A stretch of 62,000 nucleotides of DNA from Wallemia ichthyophaga EXF-994 (lineage: Eukaryota; Fungi; Basidiomycota), in NCBI RefSeq assembly GCF_000400465.1, contig NW_008806281.1, forward strand, positions 206,001-268,000. Direction: 5' to 3'. Below, piece after piece: positions 25,492 to 37,100 of the stretch. Under the pieces are notes generated by a model. It ran no database searches. It was not told the DNA's origin and saw only the letters and a program-made list of their open reading frames with translations. Numbering within the stretch: the first letter of the stretch is position 1; the number at the start of each line of letters is the position of its first letter. Both the position numbers and the translations under genes were made by a program.

Positions 25492-25536
25492 TCATTGCTC
25501 ATATTGCTCATATTGCTCATATTGCTCATATTACTC
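25492..25536. repeat. Imperfect (ATATTGCTC)5 9-nt tandem repeat followed by a duplicated 17-mer ATATTACTCCTCTTGCT
   Basis: Read directly; lies in the TPR 3' / PIF1 5' junction. Confidence 0.85.
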
Positions 25537-25557
25537 CTCTTGCTTATAATGCAGATA

Positions 25558-26193
25558 TTACTCCTCTTGCTCAGCCTTCTTTGCCCTCTCTGAAATGATC
25601 TTGGCACCCACATTTCTAACATTCTCCTCAGCGCGTTCAACACCAAGTGATTTAGCAGCTTTGTAGTTGTCTAGAGCGCTCTCCAGTTGCCCAGTTGCCT
25701 CACTGACGACGCCCAGATTAAAAGCGACTTCAGGGTCATCTGGGTTTACATCTCGTGCTTGAGTGAGGTACTCGAGTGCTTTAGCTGGGTTGGAAGGCGA
25801 TGACAGTATATGGGCAGAAGCGAGGTTCGATAGGAGGTCAGAGGTGGGCTCGATAGCCAGGCTTTTCTCCCAAGTGGCTATAGCGCCTTGAATGTCCTTG
25901 GTATAGAATTGAGTCACGCCCAAATTGAACAAACCCATAGCTGCAGTTTTTCCTTCCTTTTGTATATCAAGCGATCTTTGGTACTTTTCTTTGGCGCCTT
26001 CAACGTCACCCTCATTAAGTACTCTAGTGCCTTCCTCAATTTCATCAATAGCCTGTGCCTCTGGATCGAATGAATATCCAGATGCTTTGCGGATAGTGAG
26101 TGGAGTGAGTGGCTTGGAAAATGATTTCAAGGTAGGCTTGACGATGCTAGCACTCCTATTAATACTCCTCGCTAATCCTGCGAATCTAAACAT
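25558..26193 (-). CDS. TPR-repeat protein with mitochondrial presequence-like N-terminus
   Basis: Arg/Ser-rich N-terminus; TPR patterns LFNLGVTQF..AIATWEKSL, VAFNLGVVSEATG..ALDNY. Confidence 0.75.
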   Translation of the reverse strand: MFRFAGLARSINRSASIVKPTLKSFSKPLTPLTIRKASGYSFDPEAQAIDEIEEGTRVLNEGDVEGAKEKYQRSLDIQKEGKTAAMGLFNLGVTQFYTKDIQGAIATWEKSLAIEPTSDLLSNLASAHILSSPSNPAKALEYLTQARDVNPDDPEVAFNLGVVSEATGQLESALDNYKAAKSLGVERAEENVRNVGAKIISERAKKAEQEE

Positions 26194-26263
26194 TTTAGTT
26201 GAGATGAGCGTCGTCTTCTCCCTTCAACTTGAAATCCAATCAAAGAGGCAAATATATTGATTC

Positions 26264-27036
26264 ATGTGGCCATTCACCAAGCAAGACACTAGCAATTCTA
26301 CAGCTTCTGATTTGGCTCCAGACACCACCTTATCCAGCACACAGCCCATCAATACACAGCCCACCAACACCCGCACACAACCCACTGCCACTCAAGCCAC
26401 CTCTGCCCAGGATGTACTCTCAATTGACCCAACAACCCTCCATCCAATGGCAGACGTCGGCGATAAACTCGATTACCTCTTACTAGACGATGAAAAGCTG
26501 TCCGAGTTGCCTGGCTCGGAGACGGCGCTGCCTTCTCGTGGCTGGTCAGATGACCTCTGTTATGGCGTTGGTACTACTTATGTTTCTGGTCTCGGTCTTG
26601 GTGGTTTATGGGGTCTGAGAGAGGGTATGAATAAGAAACTCGCTGCGCCTGTAACGAGGTTGAGGGTGAACGCAATTCTCAACAGTTTGACCAAGCGTGG
26701 CTCATTTATTGCCAATTCTGGTGGTATCATTGGTCGGTGACAGTCTCTACCAATCGCAATTCTAACACTCCCACCAGCTATGGTTTACAACATGACAAAC
26801 TCCTCTCTCGACAGCATAAGAGGTAAGCACGACGTGCTAAATTCCATGGGCGCTGGTGCATTTTCGGGTGCTTTATTCAAATCCACGGGTGAGTTCGGAG
26901 TCTGAAACTATCGGTCTTATGAAACATCTGGCTTACGAATTATATTTCAGCCGGACTCAGACCAATGGCGATATCCGCAGGTATTTTATCCACAACCGCA
27001 GGTGGCTGGTCGTTGTTCAAGAGGAGTATTTTGTAA
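26264..27036 (+). CDS. TIM23: Mitochondrial inner membrane translocase Tim23
   Basis: LPSRGWSDDLCYGVGTTY, LRVNAILNSLTKRGSF.AN..G, RGKHD..NSMGAGAFSGALFKST; two introns. Confidence 0.95.
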
Positions 27037-27368
27037 TGTTAATCAATTCTTACTTTCAACTATTTTTGTGTATGATACCTGTGACTTGTGTGCCTGGTGA
27101 AGTTTTTACCAGGGACTGAGCCAAGTTTCAGCTCAATATTACTGCGTCCTTTAATTACTTTGCTTTGAAACCCCTCAAGCACCGCCACCGATCAACTTGA
27201 GTTGCGCGCATCATCGTGCATAAATTGCGCTGTCCCAGCGTGTCGGTCCTCTCGTCTAATCAGATCAAAACGTACGAAACCAACTAAATCAGGGCAAAAA
27301 GTTTGAAACAGTAAATGATCTTCGGTTCGACGGGTTGTAAGTTTGTTGGCAACTTTCGCTCATCAGTC

Positions 27369-28228
27369 ATGTCCAAGCTTAGCTTAAATTCCATAGTCTC
27401 CAGCCCGAGTGACGACGACGACAAGAAGACGAACAGCAGAAGCTCACAGGATAGTTTGAATGGGTTAGAAAATAACATTTATTTTGATTTCTTTCCTAAT
27501 ATTCTTTATTCCAGCCGCACCCACGCACTCGAGATCATCCAGTCTCCACTACGCTCGGCAGCATTTGGATCTAGCTATTACAGTCGATTACCGCTGTCAC
27601 CGGCGCTAGTAGTAAGATTGGTGGTGAGGAATGCAGAGGGTCATGCTGTTGATATGTGCGTTGGAGTTACACAATCCGCCACTATCTAATCACCCCTATA
27701 GTCACGAGGAGTTGCCCTTCTACGTTTGTCACGCTTCGCTACTCTCAGAAGACGCAGAGTCCCACGTAGACGTCACGCAGCCCACAGAAGACGCAGATAG
27801 CGTTCCTTTGAGAATGTTGTATGGTGCACTCGTCACTACCCCTTACCAGGCACGCGGTGAGGTGGTATTCCCGTTCACAGACCTCGGCGTACGCGTCTGT
27901 GGCATCTATCGACTGAAAATATCCCTCTTCAGATTGGCAAGGTACGCCAGCTTTATTAATTTATACGTCATAATCTCAATCACACAATAGGCCAGGCTCA
28001 GAGATCAGCTCGAGCACTGCTTCCGAGACACTGTCGACTGCGATAACTGATACGTTCGAAATTGTCGAGTTGTGCAAGTATGAGGCTCCAGGTGGGGTGG
28101 ATGTTTGTGGAAATTACCTTTGCTGACAAATTTGCAAATTTGCAAATACAGCCATTACCAACTTGTCTTATGAGCTGCATGCAGCGGGTGTACCAATACA
28201 AATCCCAGACAATCAGCAGACAATCTAA
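27369..28228 (+). CDS. Small velvet-domain protein (VelB/VelC/VosA family)
   Basis: LEIIQSPLRSAAFG...RLPLSPALVVRL, LYGALV, FPFTDLGVRVCGIYRLKISLF, last exon AITNLSYELHAAGVPIQIP. Confidence 0.82.
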
Positions 28229-28601
28229 CGTTGGATAACTTGGGTAGGTTGTCGAAGGCGTCTGATTACCACCACTCCATCCAATCCCAAACGAGTGGAT
28301 GTGTGTGGAAGTGCACCAAGCCAATAAAAATGGCTCATTTAAATCTAGCTAGCTTAACTGTACATTGTGTATTAATACTGAAATTTATTCAAGTCGACCC
28401 CATCTGCTGTAGAGGTACAATGGAATTTTCTTTCTTGAGAAGTTAAGGGGAACTGTAGGCAGAGGTACTCTAGACTATAATAATTGCTCCGATAAACTTT
28501 GTATATGATAAACTTGAAAAAATTCTATTTATAGTTGACGCGCGTTAGGCTTAGTCTCACAAATCAAGTAAACTAAGTTTGTTTATAAAGTCAAGCAAGC
28601 T

Positions 28602-29024
28602 ATGTCTGCAAACGATGCACGTAGGATTTTGTAGTACACGCAACACATTAACGCGGCTACAGTATTACAACCAGGGTGGACAGCAAGGCGGCTATTACCC
28701 GTCAGTTGAAATAAAGATATAAGATCGTCATGACTAACCAACAGCACAGTCCACCACCTCCCCAAGCATACGGTGGACAGGGATACGCACCTCAACAGCC
28801 ATACGGGGGCTATGCACCACAGCAGCCGGTGAGTCAAGTATTTCTAGTTTTGATGTTATAGGTGTCTGAACTCTATACAGATGTACGTTCAACCCCCACC
28901 CCAAGAGAAAGGCGGTGGCGGCGGTGCTGGTAGCAGTGCGTGTTGCGGTTGCTGTGCTTGTCTCGCCGGTATTTGCGCTTGTTGCCTTTGTGAGGATATT
29001 CTCTGTATCGAGGCGCTTTGCTAG
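28602..29024 (+). CDS. CYSTM-type Gly/Gln/Pro/Tyr-rich protein with Cys-rich C-terminal membrane anchor
   Basis: Reconstructed MSANDYYNQGGQQGGYYPPPPPQAYGGQGY...CCGCCACLAGICACCLCEDILC; three introns, the first probably GC-AG. Confidence 0.78.
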
Positions 29025-29235
29025 GCGGGTGAGTGAGCGCACAACACCACACACATACCAGATATCACATATGAACATTTCTCGTTAGCATTTTAGAAAT
29101 GCACAGATGCAATCATTTATTCATTTAACTCCTTTGTTTCCTTGCTTCCTTTGAGTGATTTGCACGTGCTTGTTGCACCTCTGAGACTCAAGCTTCACGA
29201 TAAAGTCGAAAACGTCATCTTGAGGTACAACAACG

Positions 29236-30647
29236 ATGATTGCACCCGAAGAGAATGGAAATGTTCATGCCGGTGGATACGATGCACACGATACACAAGC
29301 TAAGAGGAAGACGATTGACAACCCGAATACTGCGAACGAAACCGTGAAATCTTTAAAATTGGATAATGACAATGTAAACAATGTAAACAACGCAAACAAA
29401 ATACTCCCACCAACTAATTGGAACTTGGATGTTATAAAGGATCACTATATCCGCTTGGATCCACGTTGGGCTCGCTTGTTTGAAGCTATCCCATGCAAGC
29501 CCTTCGAGCAGGATCTCAAGAAGCCGATAAATCCATTCAGAGTCATCTGCGACTCAATACTAGCTCAGCAAATTTCCTACAAAGCATCCAAGGCGTGGGT
29601 AAAGCAGGGGCAAAGATGACGTCACTAATACTCCCCAGCGTCTGCTACAAATTCGTTAGATACTACTTCCCACACCTTCCCGAAAATCGTGAGGGTGATC
29701 CTGAAGAATTCCCATCTCCAGAACAAGTCGCCAACACAAACGTTTCCAAGCTTCGAGTGGGGAATATCACAATCAACACACATTAAGTTGCTGACGAGTT
29801 GCTTAAACAGGAGATTGGATTCTCCGTAAGAAAGGGAGAGTATGGTGAGTTGAAATAACTCATAAACCTTGCTTATTTAACACACCACAGCCATCGGTCT
29901 CGCAAAGGCTTTCGTGGAGGGTAAACTTACATCCCAAAAACTCGTCGAGGCGTCTGATGAGGAATTGATGAAGATGCTAACCGATATTCGCGGTATTGGT
30001 CCTTGGACAGTTCATGTTGGTGCAGCAATACCCTTTTATTTGACATATCCCCTCACATCTGCATAGATGCTGAGTATATTCATGCTCAGAAGAACAGATA
30101 TTCTACCAACCGCTGATTTGGGTGTGCAAGCTGGGCTTGTGAAACATTTTCTAGGGTCAGAGCTAGAACTGGCGAAAAGGCACAGACAGCTTAAGGTGGA
30201 TGAGGTAGACGAGGAGAGAATTACGAAACCAGATGACAACATAAAAGGTGCACAGCAGTCAGTGGTCAAGCTTACATCTGATAAGGATTTATCGGAGAAT
30301 GTTGAACCTGAATTACCCCCGGCAGCTATTGAAATGGGGTTGAGTGTGAAAGTTCTGCAACAGCGACTGAAGAAGCGATTGAAGTGGGTACTCAACACGT
30401 GAATTGGGTTCATTCATGCCGATGCTTATGCTTTTGCTATATTCAGGGTCGGTTATCTCACGCCGGAGGAATGCGAGGCGCTAACAAGTGAATGGAGACC
30501 ATGTAAGTGTTTATTGGAGAACTATAATGTTACTTACGCGTGTCAATAGATCGAAGCATTGGAGTTTACTGTGAGTCTGAACCACACCAACCAACCCAAC
30601 TAACGCCAGATCCAGATATGTGGCTAGTTAAAGGAGATTCAGCATGA
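29236..30647 (+). CDS. MAG1: DNA-3-methyladenine glycosylase (HhH-GPD)
   Basis: SILAQQISYKAS, GFSVRKGEY, DIRGIGPWTVH (HhH), DILPTADLGVQ (catalytic Asp), WRPYRSIGVYYMW; many introns. Confidence 0.92.
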
Positions 30648-30906
30648 TATGTAGTGTACAAATGAATAAATAATTTGATAAAATTTTAGCTCAAATCGAG
30701 CTTCTTCGTTGAGACCCCCCTGCTTTAGATATATACTCACTGAGATAAAATATATGTGAGTATTATGAATAACGCGTAAATGCGTCTAATTCGTCGCAAG
30801 GTCCACAAAGAAATCTCAACAGCGGCCGTCTATCAAGCATCCTCATGACTACGTCGGCTCACAGCAGATATCATCGCCTATACTACCAACAGGCCAGCGC
30901 AGGTCG

Positions 30907-33183
30907 ATGCATCCCTCAATTGACTTTCGTAATGTTAATCTAGAGACTCAGTTTGGCGAGTACAGGCCAAAGCGCACGGCTCCATCACCGCCATCACATC
31001 CCATAACCAATCAAGCGCAGACGCATTCACAAGCGCACACTCTCAATGACATTGACTTGGGGCCACCGCTATCAACGTCTTTCACCACTCTCCCTTCCAG
31101 CGCCAGCAACAGCTTCTCACCTTGCACCGAACCTTCTTCTTCTCCCTCCACCCACGATACCGAGCAACAAACATCAAAACCTATGTCCAATTCCCTGTCC
31201 CCCCCACCGCTCGTTCATCAGAACAGCAGCCCTGTTGCTCTTATGGACAAGAGCAATCACGTCCACGAGGTGCACTCGAACACTCCCCCACAATCCCCTC
31301 AAAGACCTCCTGTCTTGCAGCGCTCAGCTACTGTTTCTGGCAATGTAAAAACCAGAGACACCTTCGATAAGGACAAGAAACGAGGCGTCTTCTCCGGTTT
31401 CGCCTCTTCGCTTTCTGATTTACTTCAGTTGCAAAAAAAGCCAGAAATCTCAACTCCTTACGATCCTGTACATTTGACGCACGTTGGTTTCAATTCTGAC
31501 ACTGGAGAATTCACTGGCTTGCCTAAAGAGTGGCAGCAGCTCTTACAGGACTCTGGTATTTCCAAGCAAGACCAAGAAGCTAACCCGCAAGCTGTTATGG
31601 ACATTGTCGCCTTTTATCAAGACGCTCAGAATGCTCAATACGGCGTTGACAATCAAGTATGGAAAAAGATGGGTGGTGTTCCTAATGGCCCTCCTAACCC
31701 TAAGGACAAAACGTGGATAGCCAGACCTGCTCCCCCACCTCCGGGTCCTCCAGCCAGGTATGGCAATACGCGCGCAGCTCCACCACCACCGCCACCTATG
31801 AATAAAAGTGTTTCGAATCCTGGCTCAGTTAGAGGTGAGACAGGTAAGGGTGAAGCTCCTAGACCTGCACCACCCCCACCTCGTCCAACGCCACCTCCAC
31901 AACTTGATAGGTCAGTCTCGCACCGTATCCCACCAAACCCTACTTCGGCGTCACAGACTCTCGAGAGAGCTAAATCTCATCAGACGAAGCCAGCTGTTGT
32001 ACCAAACATGACTTCATCGTCAACGCCATACAGTCGTGCACCTCCACCTCTGCACAACCCACAAGCATTGGGTAAACAACCCTCTGCAGCTTCTGCCGCA
32101 CTCACCAGAGCTGCGGAAAAGACCAACAAGGCTATACCACAAATACCAGGCTCATTGCAGCCCCATCAAACACAAGGTCATCCTAATCATGGTCCAGGTC
32201 CAGTACCTCGCAGAAGAGAGAATAACGGATCAAATAAACAGTCAGAGGCTGAAATTATACAAAAATTACAATCAATTTGCACAGACGCAGATCCTACAAA
32301 ACTTTACAAGAATCTTTTAAAGATTGGTCAAGGTGCTAGTGGAGGTGTGTACACTGCTTACCAATCTGGAACTAATCTCTCCGTTGCTATTAAACAAATG
32401 AATCTCGAGCAGCAGCCAAAGAAAGATCTCATTATTAATGAAATTATAGTAATGAAATCATCTCGACATGTGAACATTGTCAACTATATCGACAGTTTCC
32501 TCTTCAAAGGAGATTTATGGGTGATAATGGAGTATATGGAAGGTGGTTCACTGACGGATGTTGTGACGTGTAATATCATGACAGAAGGACAGATTGCGGC
32601 TGTGTCAAGAGAAATTTTGGAAGGATTGAGACACTTGCATGAACATGGGGTGATTCACAGGGACATAAAATCAGACAATATTTTGCTATCTATGCAGGGA
32701 GATGTTAAGCTGACAGACTTTGGTTTCTGTGCGAGGATTGGGGAGAATGCATCCCATGCCAAGAGAACAACAATGGTTGGAACACCTTACTGGATGGCGC
32801 CGGAGGTGGTGACGCGTAAAGAATATGGGAGTAAGGTCGATGTGTGGTCGCTTGGTATACTTGCGATTGAAATGATTGAAGGAGAGCCACCATACCTGAA
32901 TGAGAATCCTCTTAGAGTGGGTGAAATTGGATAAAATTTACAAGTCAACTCACATACATTTCAGGCCCTCTACTTGATTGCAACTAACGGAACACCAAAA
33001 ATACAAAGCCCAGAGAATTTATCACCAGTGTTTAGAGACTTCCTTGCTCGCTGTCTGGAAGTAGATTACGAGAGGAGAATGAATGCATTCGATATGCTCA
33101 GACATCCATTCTTGAAGATGGCTGAACCATTAAGAACTCTAGGACCATTGATAAAGGCGGCAAGGGAGCAATCGAAGAAGTAA
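30907..33183 (+). CDS. STE20: PAK kinase Ste20 (CRIB + kinase); a possible extra 5' exon starts at ATG 30845
   Basis: [19 protein letters not shown]; [31 protein letters not shown]; no PH domain seen. Confidence 0.95.
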
Positions 33184-33551
33184 TGATAGTAAACACGGAC
33201 ATTATATCAAACCATTTCAACTAACGATAGTAGTACGTTTAACTGCGTATAATACTTTTCAACAATTTTTCAACAATTTTTCTAATTACAGCTGTACTTT
33301 TTAACTTGCTGCTCGCGGCAAGATACATACCAATTGCTCCAATATTCAAGACAAATGATCAAAACATTGAATTATTTCATATTTATTGTTATTTTGTTAA
33401 TAAAATTCATGTTACGATGCATTCTTTTAGAGTGTCTGGGATCTCCTAGAGGTGGAGTGGGGTGGTAAACAAAGACAGTATTCAAAGACAAGAAAACAGC
33501 GCGTCAAATTTATGAAACGTTCAATGTATTATGATGATAGAGAAATTCAAA

Positions 33552-34100
33552 TCAACCCGATTTGAAGATTAAGAAAGCCATTGAGGTTCCCATGTAGAAA
33601 TATATCTATTGAGTTTGTCAGTTGATTTTATTTAAAGAATTGAATAATAAACTAACAAAATGATTAGTTTCTATTGAAGTAATGAATATACACGTTAGAT
33701 TGGAATGAATATTCACTCACCGTGCGTAACGAATGATCCAAATGATTTACCAACGACGACGTGCCAAGTTGCGCCATGAACTCTATCGAACTCCTTTTTT
33801 ATGAAGCTCGCAATATCTTTTTCAATATTGTACTTTTCTAAAGCATTTGAGCTGTATAAGTGAGATTTGAATGTTTAAGCTAGGGGCAAGAAACCCACGT
33901 GATATCAATAGCAGATTGTTGTAATTCTTGTGACATATCAACATTCTATGAATCAATATTAACGTTTACATCAATCAATAAGGGTATTTGACTCACTTTG
34001 ATAACAGCTTTTGGAATCTTTGCTTTGTCTTCTTTGTTGGGAGCACCAGTCCTAAGAAACTAAGTCAGTGCTTGTACATCTAGATATCTTATAAATACAT
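33552..34100 (-). CDS. DYN2: Dynein light chain LC8 (absent from the ORF track)
   Basis: Spliced: KAVIK|[15 protein letters not shown]|..[41 protein letters not shown]|ETNHF|[14 protein letters not shown]. Confidence 0.95.
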
Positions 34101-34185
34101 TTTCAATTTTACAAGTTGACGATCCTGGTTAAAGAATAGCCTTGCTACTAACGTCCAACACATTCCAGTGAAATTACTCAAAATA

Positions 34186-37100
34186 ATGAATGATTGTGGG
34201 TAATTTAAAGTCTAGAGCACTAACCAATCTAACGCTCAATCTCAGCTGATGTAAATCATCAAGTTTCTATCCTGAAAGCTCTACGTAGACGATCACTATC
34301 GCAAGGCCAGCGTACTGCAATTGATCCTGATCTACCACCGACCAAACAAGAAATTCAAAATGATAAAGCTTTGAATCAATATGTGAGTCGTGTTTATCTT
34401 GATATTGAGTACCTCTCTTAGCCCCTTTTCCTAGTGGGTCCCTGCTTCTGCTCACCCAGAGACTACCACCCATCCAAATGAATTCAATCATTACGTTTCC
34501 AATCACTCTCCTACACCATCAAACTCAGGCTCTCTTAGCAGGATTAGATCCTCCAGCTCTCATGGCTCTTCACTCTCCCGTAGAAAGTCAAAGCTATCAA
34601 GACAATACACTCCAACTGAGGATGACGGCGTTGGCGATAATGATTTCATATCCCCATCCTCCTCCAAGCCAAGTTCTCTTAATTTGGTTCGTTTTCATCT
34701 CCTAATGACGCGTAAACACTTACACATTCCAGCTCCAATCTCTCACAGAAGAGACTTCAAATGAAATGTCTCAATCAAATGATGAGAATTATCATGTTAA
34801 AAATGATAATTATACTTCTAAACCCAAAAAACTCAAAAATGGCTCAAGAGTTGCGGTACCGTCATATCAAATTGATTCCGAAATTTTCTCATCGGACCAT
34901 AGACCACCACCACGCCTCGACTTGTCCTTCAACCATAGCCTTCTTGATCATCCTATCAAGGATGATAGACCTCTATCCACTCTCACGAATGATATCTTTG
35001 ACGCCTATGCTATGGGTAATGAACGTGGCTCATTCAGTTCTGTCTCTTCTGCTATTTCTTCAGAGAATACTCACCCTTTCGAACACGACTTACGACTTGA
35101 CCAATCTCATTCTCACGATAGTTATACTCACGATAATCAGATTCACGACACTCAATTACACACCGAAGATGATGATGCCCAGACCATTCATGGCTCTCCA
35201 AATCAAAACAAGCAAGATACTCTCAAGATTGTCAATACCAATGTTTCACCTTCAAAGAGTTCTCTGAATACTCCAAACACTCTCAGGAACAACTCTATAT
35301 CCTCCACTGAAGACACAAACGAGTCTAATGAATCCACATCAGAAGAGATATCAGAGTCAGTTGAAACGGGTGAAAGTTACGAAACGATATCCAGTGAACA
35401 CGTTGACAATGCCTACATGGTAACAAAGTCTTTGAAAAACAGGGTTCAACCACCGACACCAATACCAAGCGAAATACCCCCACCAACTTCAAATCCAATG
35501 AAGATGTCGATGGATCTCTCAGTAGGCTCGCTTATACCGGAATTTCCCGCACAGACTAGACATACCAATATCAATAATATCAATACTAACATAAAAAAGA
35601 TTGATAGTGTGAACAGCTTTCCAAATGTTGACCAAATGCTATTCGAACCTTCGAGACCTGCTCCTGAACCTCCAACTCCAATAATCTTTTCTGATCTTCC
35701 TTCTCGGAACAACCCATCTCCTACACCTTCAACTGGCTCGTCTACCTCAAAGAAGAAGGGATGGAATTGGCTCAAAGAGAAGGAAAGAGCTAGGAATGAA
35801 CGTGCACTGAAAATGAAAGAACTCAAAGATGCCAAAGTTAGAGAAAAGCTTGAGTTAAAGGAGAAGGAGAAGCGTGAACGAGAAGAACGTCTAGCACGTG
35901 AGAAGGAGAAACGTCGTGAGATGGAAGAGAAAGAAAAGGCTAAAGCTAAATCTAAGAGTGACATGAAAGTGCGCGAGCGTGAAAAAAGAGATAAAGAGAA
36001 AAAGGAGCGTGAGTTGAAGAAGGAGAATGACTTAAAGGTCGCTCGCGAGGAAAAAGAGAAGAAGGAGCGTGAGGAGAAAGAGAAAAAAGACCGAGAAGAA
36101 AAAGAGCGGAAGGAGCGGGAACTTCAGAAGAAAGAGCGCGAAGAAAACGAAAAGAGGGAGCGTGAATCTGCCAAGAAGGAGCGTGAAGATCGTGAAAAGA
36201 ACGAGCGCGAGGAGAAAGAAGCCAAAATGAAAGAAGAGCGCGAAGCCAAGGAAGCCAAACTCAAAAGCGATCGTGAGGAAAAGGAATCTAAAGCTAGAGA
36301 GGCGCGCGAGGCTGAGGAGAGTAAACTTCAACGCGATCGTCAAGAACAAGAAGCTCGAGAAGCCGAATCTGAAGCCAAAGCCAAGGCTGAAAGAGAGGAT
36401 AGAGAAATCCAGATGAAAGCTGAGCGCGAGGAGATGGAACAACGAAAAATGAAGGAGCGCGAAGAAGAGCAAAGTAAGCTCAAAAAAGAACTGGAAGAGT
36501 TGGAGGAAAAGCTCAAGAAGGAGCAAGAAGAGAAGGAGGAAGAGGAGAGACTCATGAAGGAACGTTTAGAGCAAGAGGAGATTATAAAGAAGGAGCGTGA
36601 AGCTGAAGCCAAACTCAGACAAGAACTTGAAGAGCAAGAAAATGCTCTGAAGAGAGAGATCGAAGAGAGAGAACAGCGTGAGGAAGAACTTCACCGACAG
36701 CTTGAAGAAGAGGGGCAGCTCGAGAGAGAGCGTGAAGAAGAGCAGCTTCAAAAAGAACGTGAAGAGGCTGAACTCGAACTCCAAAGAGAGCGTGAGAAGG
36801 AGGAGCGTCTTAAAGAGCTTGCAGAAGCTGAGCTTGATAATCAGAGAGAGCTTGAAGAGAAGCAGCTTCAGAAAGAACTCGCTGATGCTGAGATCGAGCT
36901 CCAGAAAGCACGTGAGGAGGAAGAAGAAAATGCAAAAAAGGAGCGCGATGAGACCAAGAAAGTGGAGAGTGATAAACAGAAGAAAGAGTCCGAAAAGAAG
37001 CCCAAAGAGAAAAGACTTAAACCATCCTTCAAGCTTAAGAAATCTGATTCCGCAGCGTCATCTAAGTCAAGCAAAGAGGCAGCAAAGCAGGCAACCAAGG

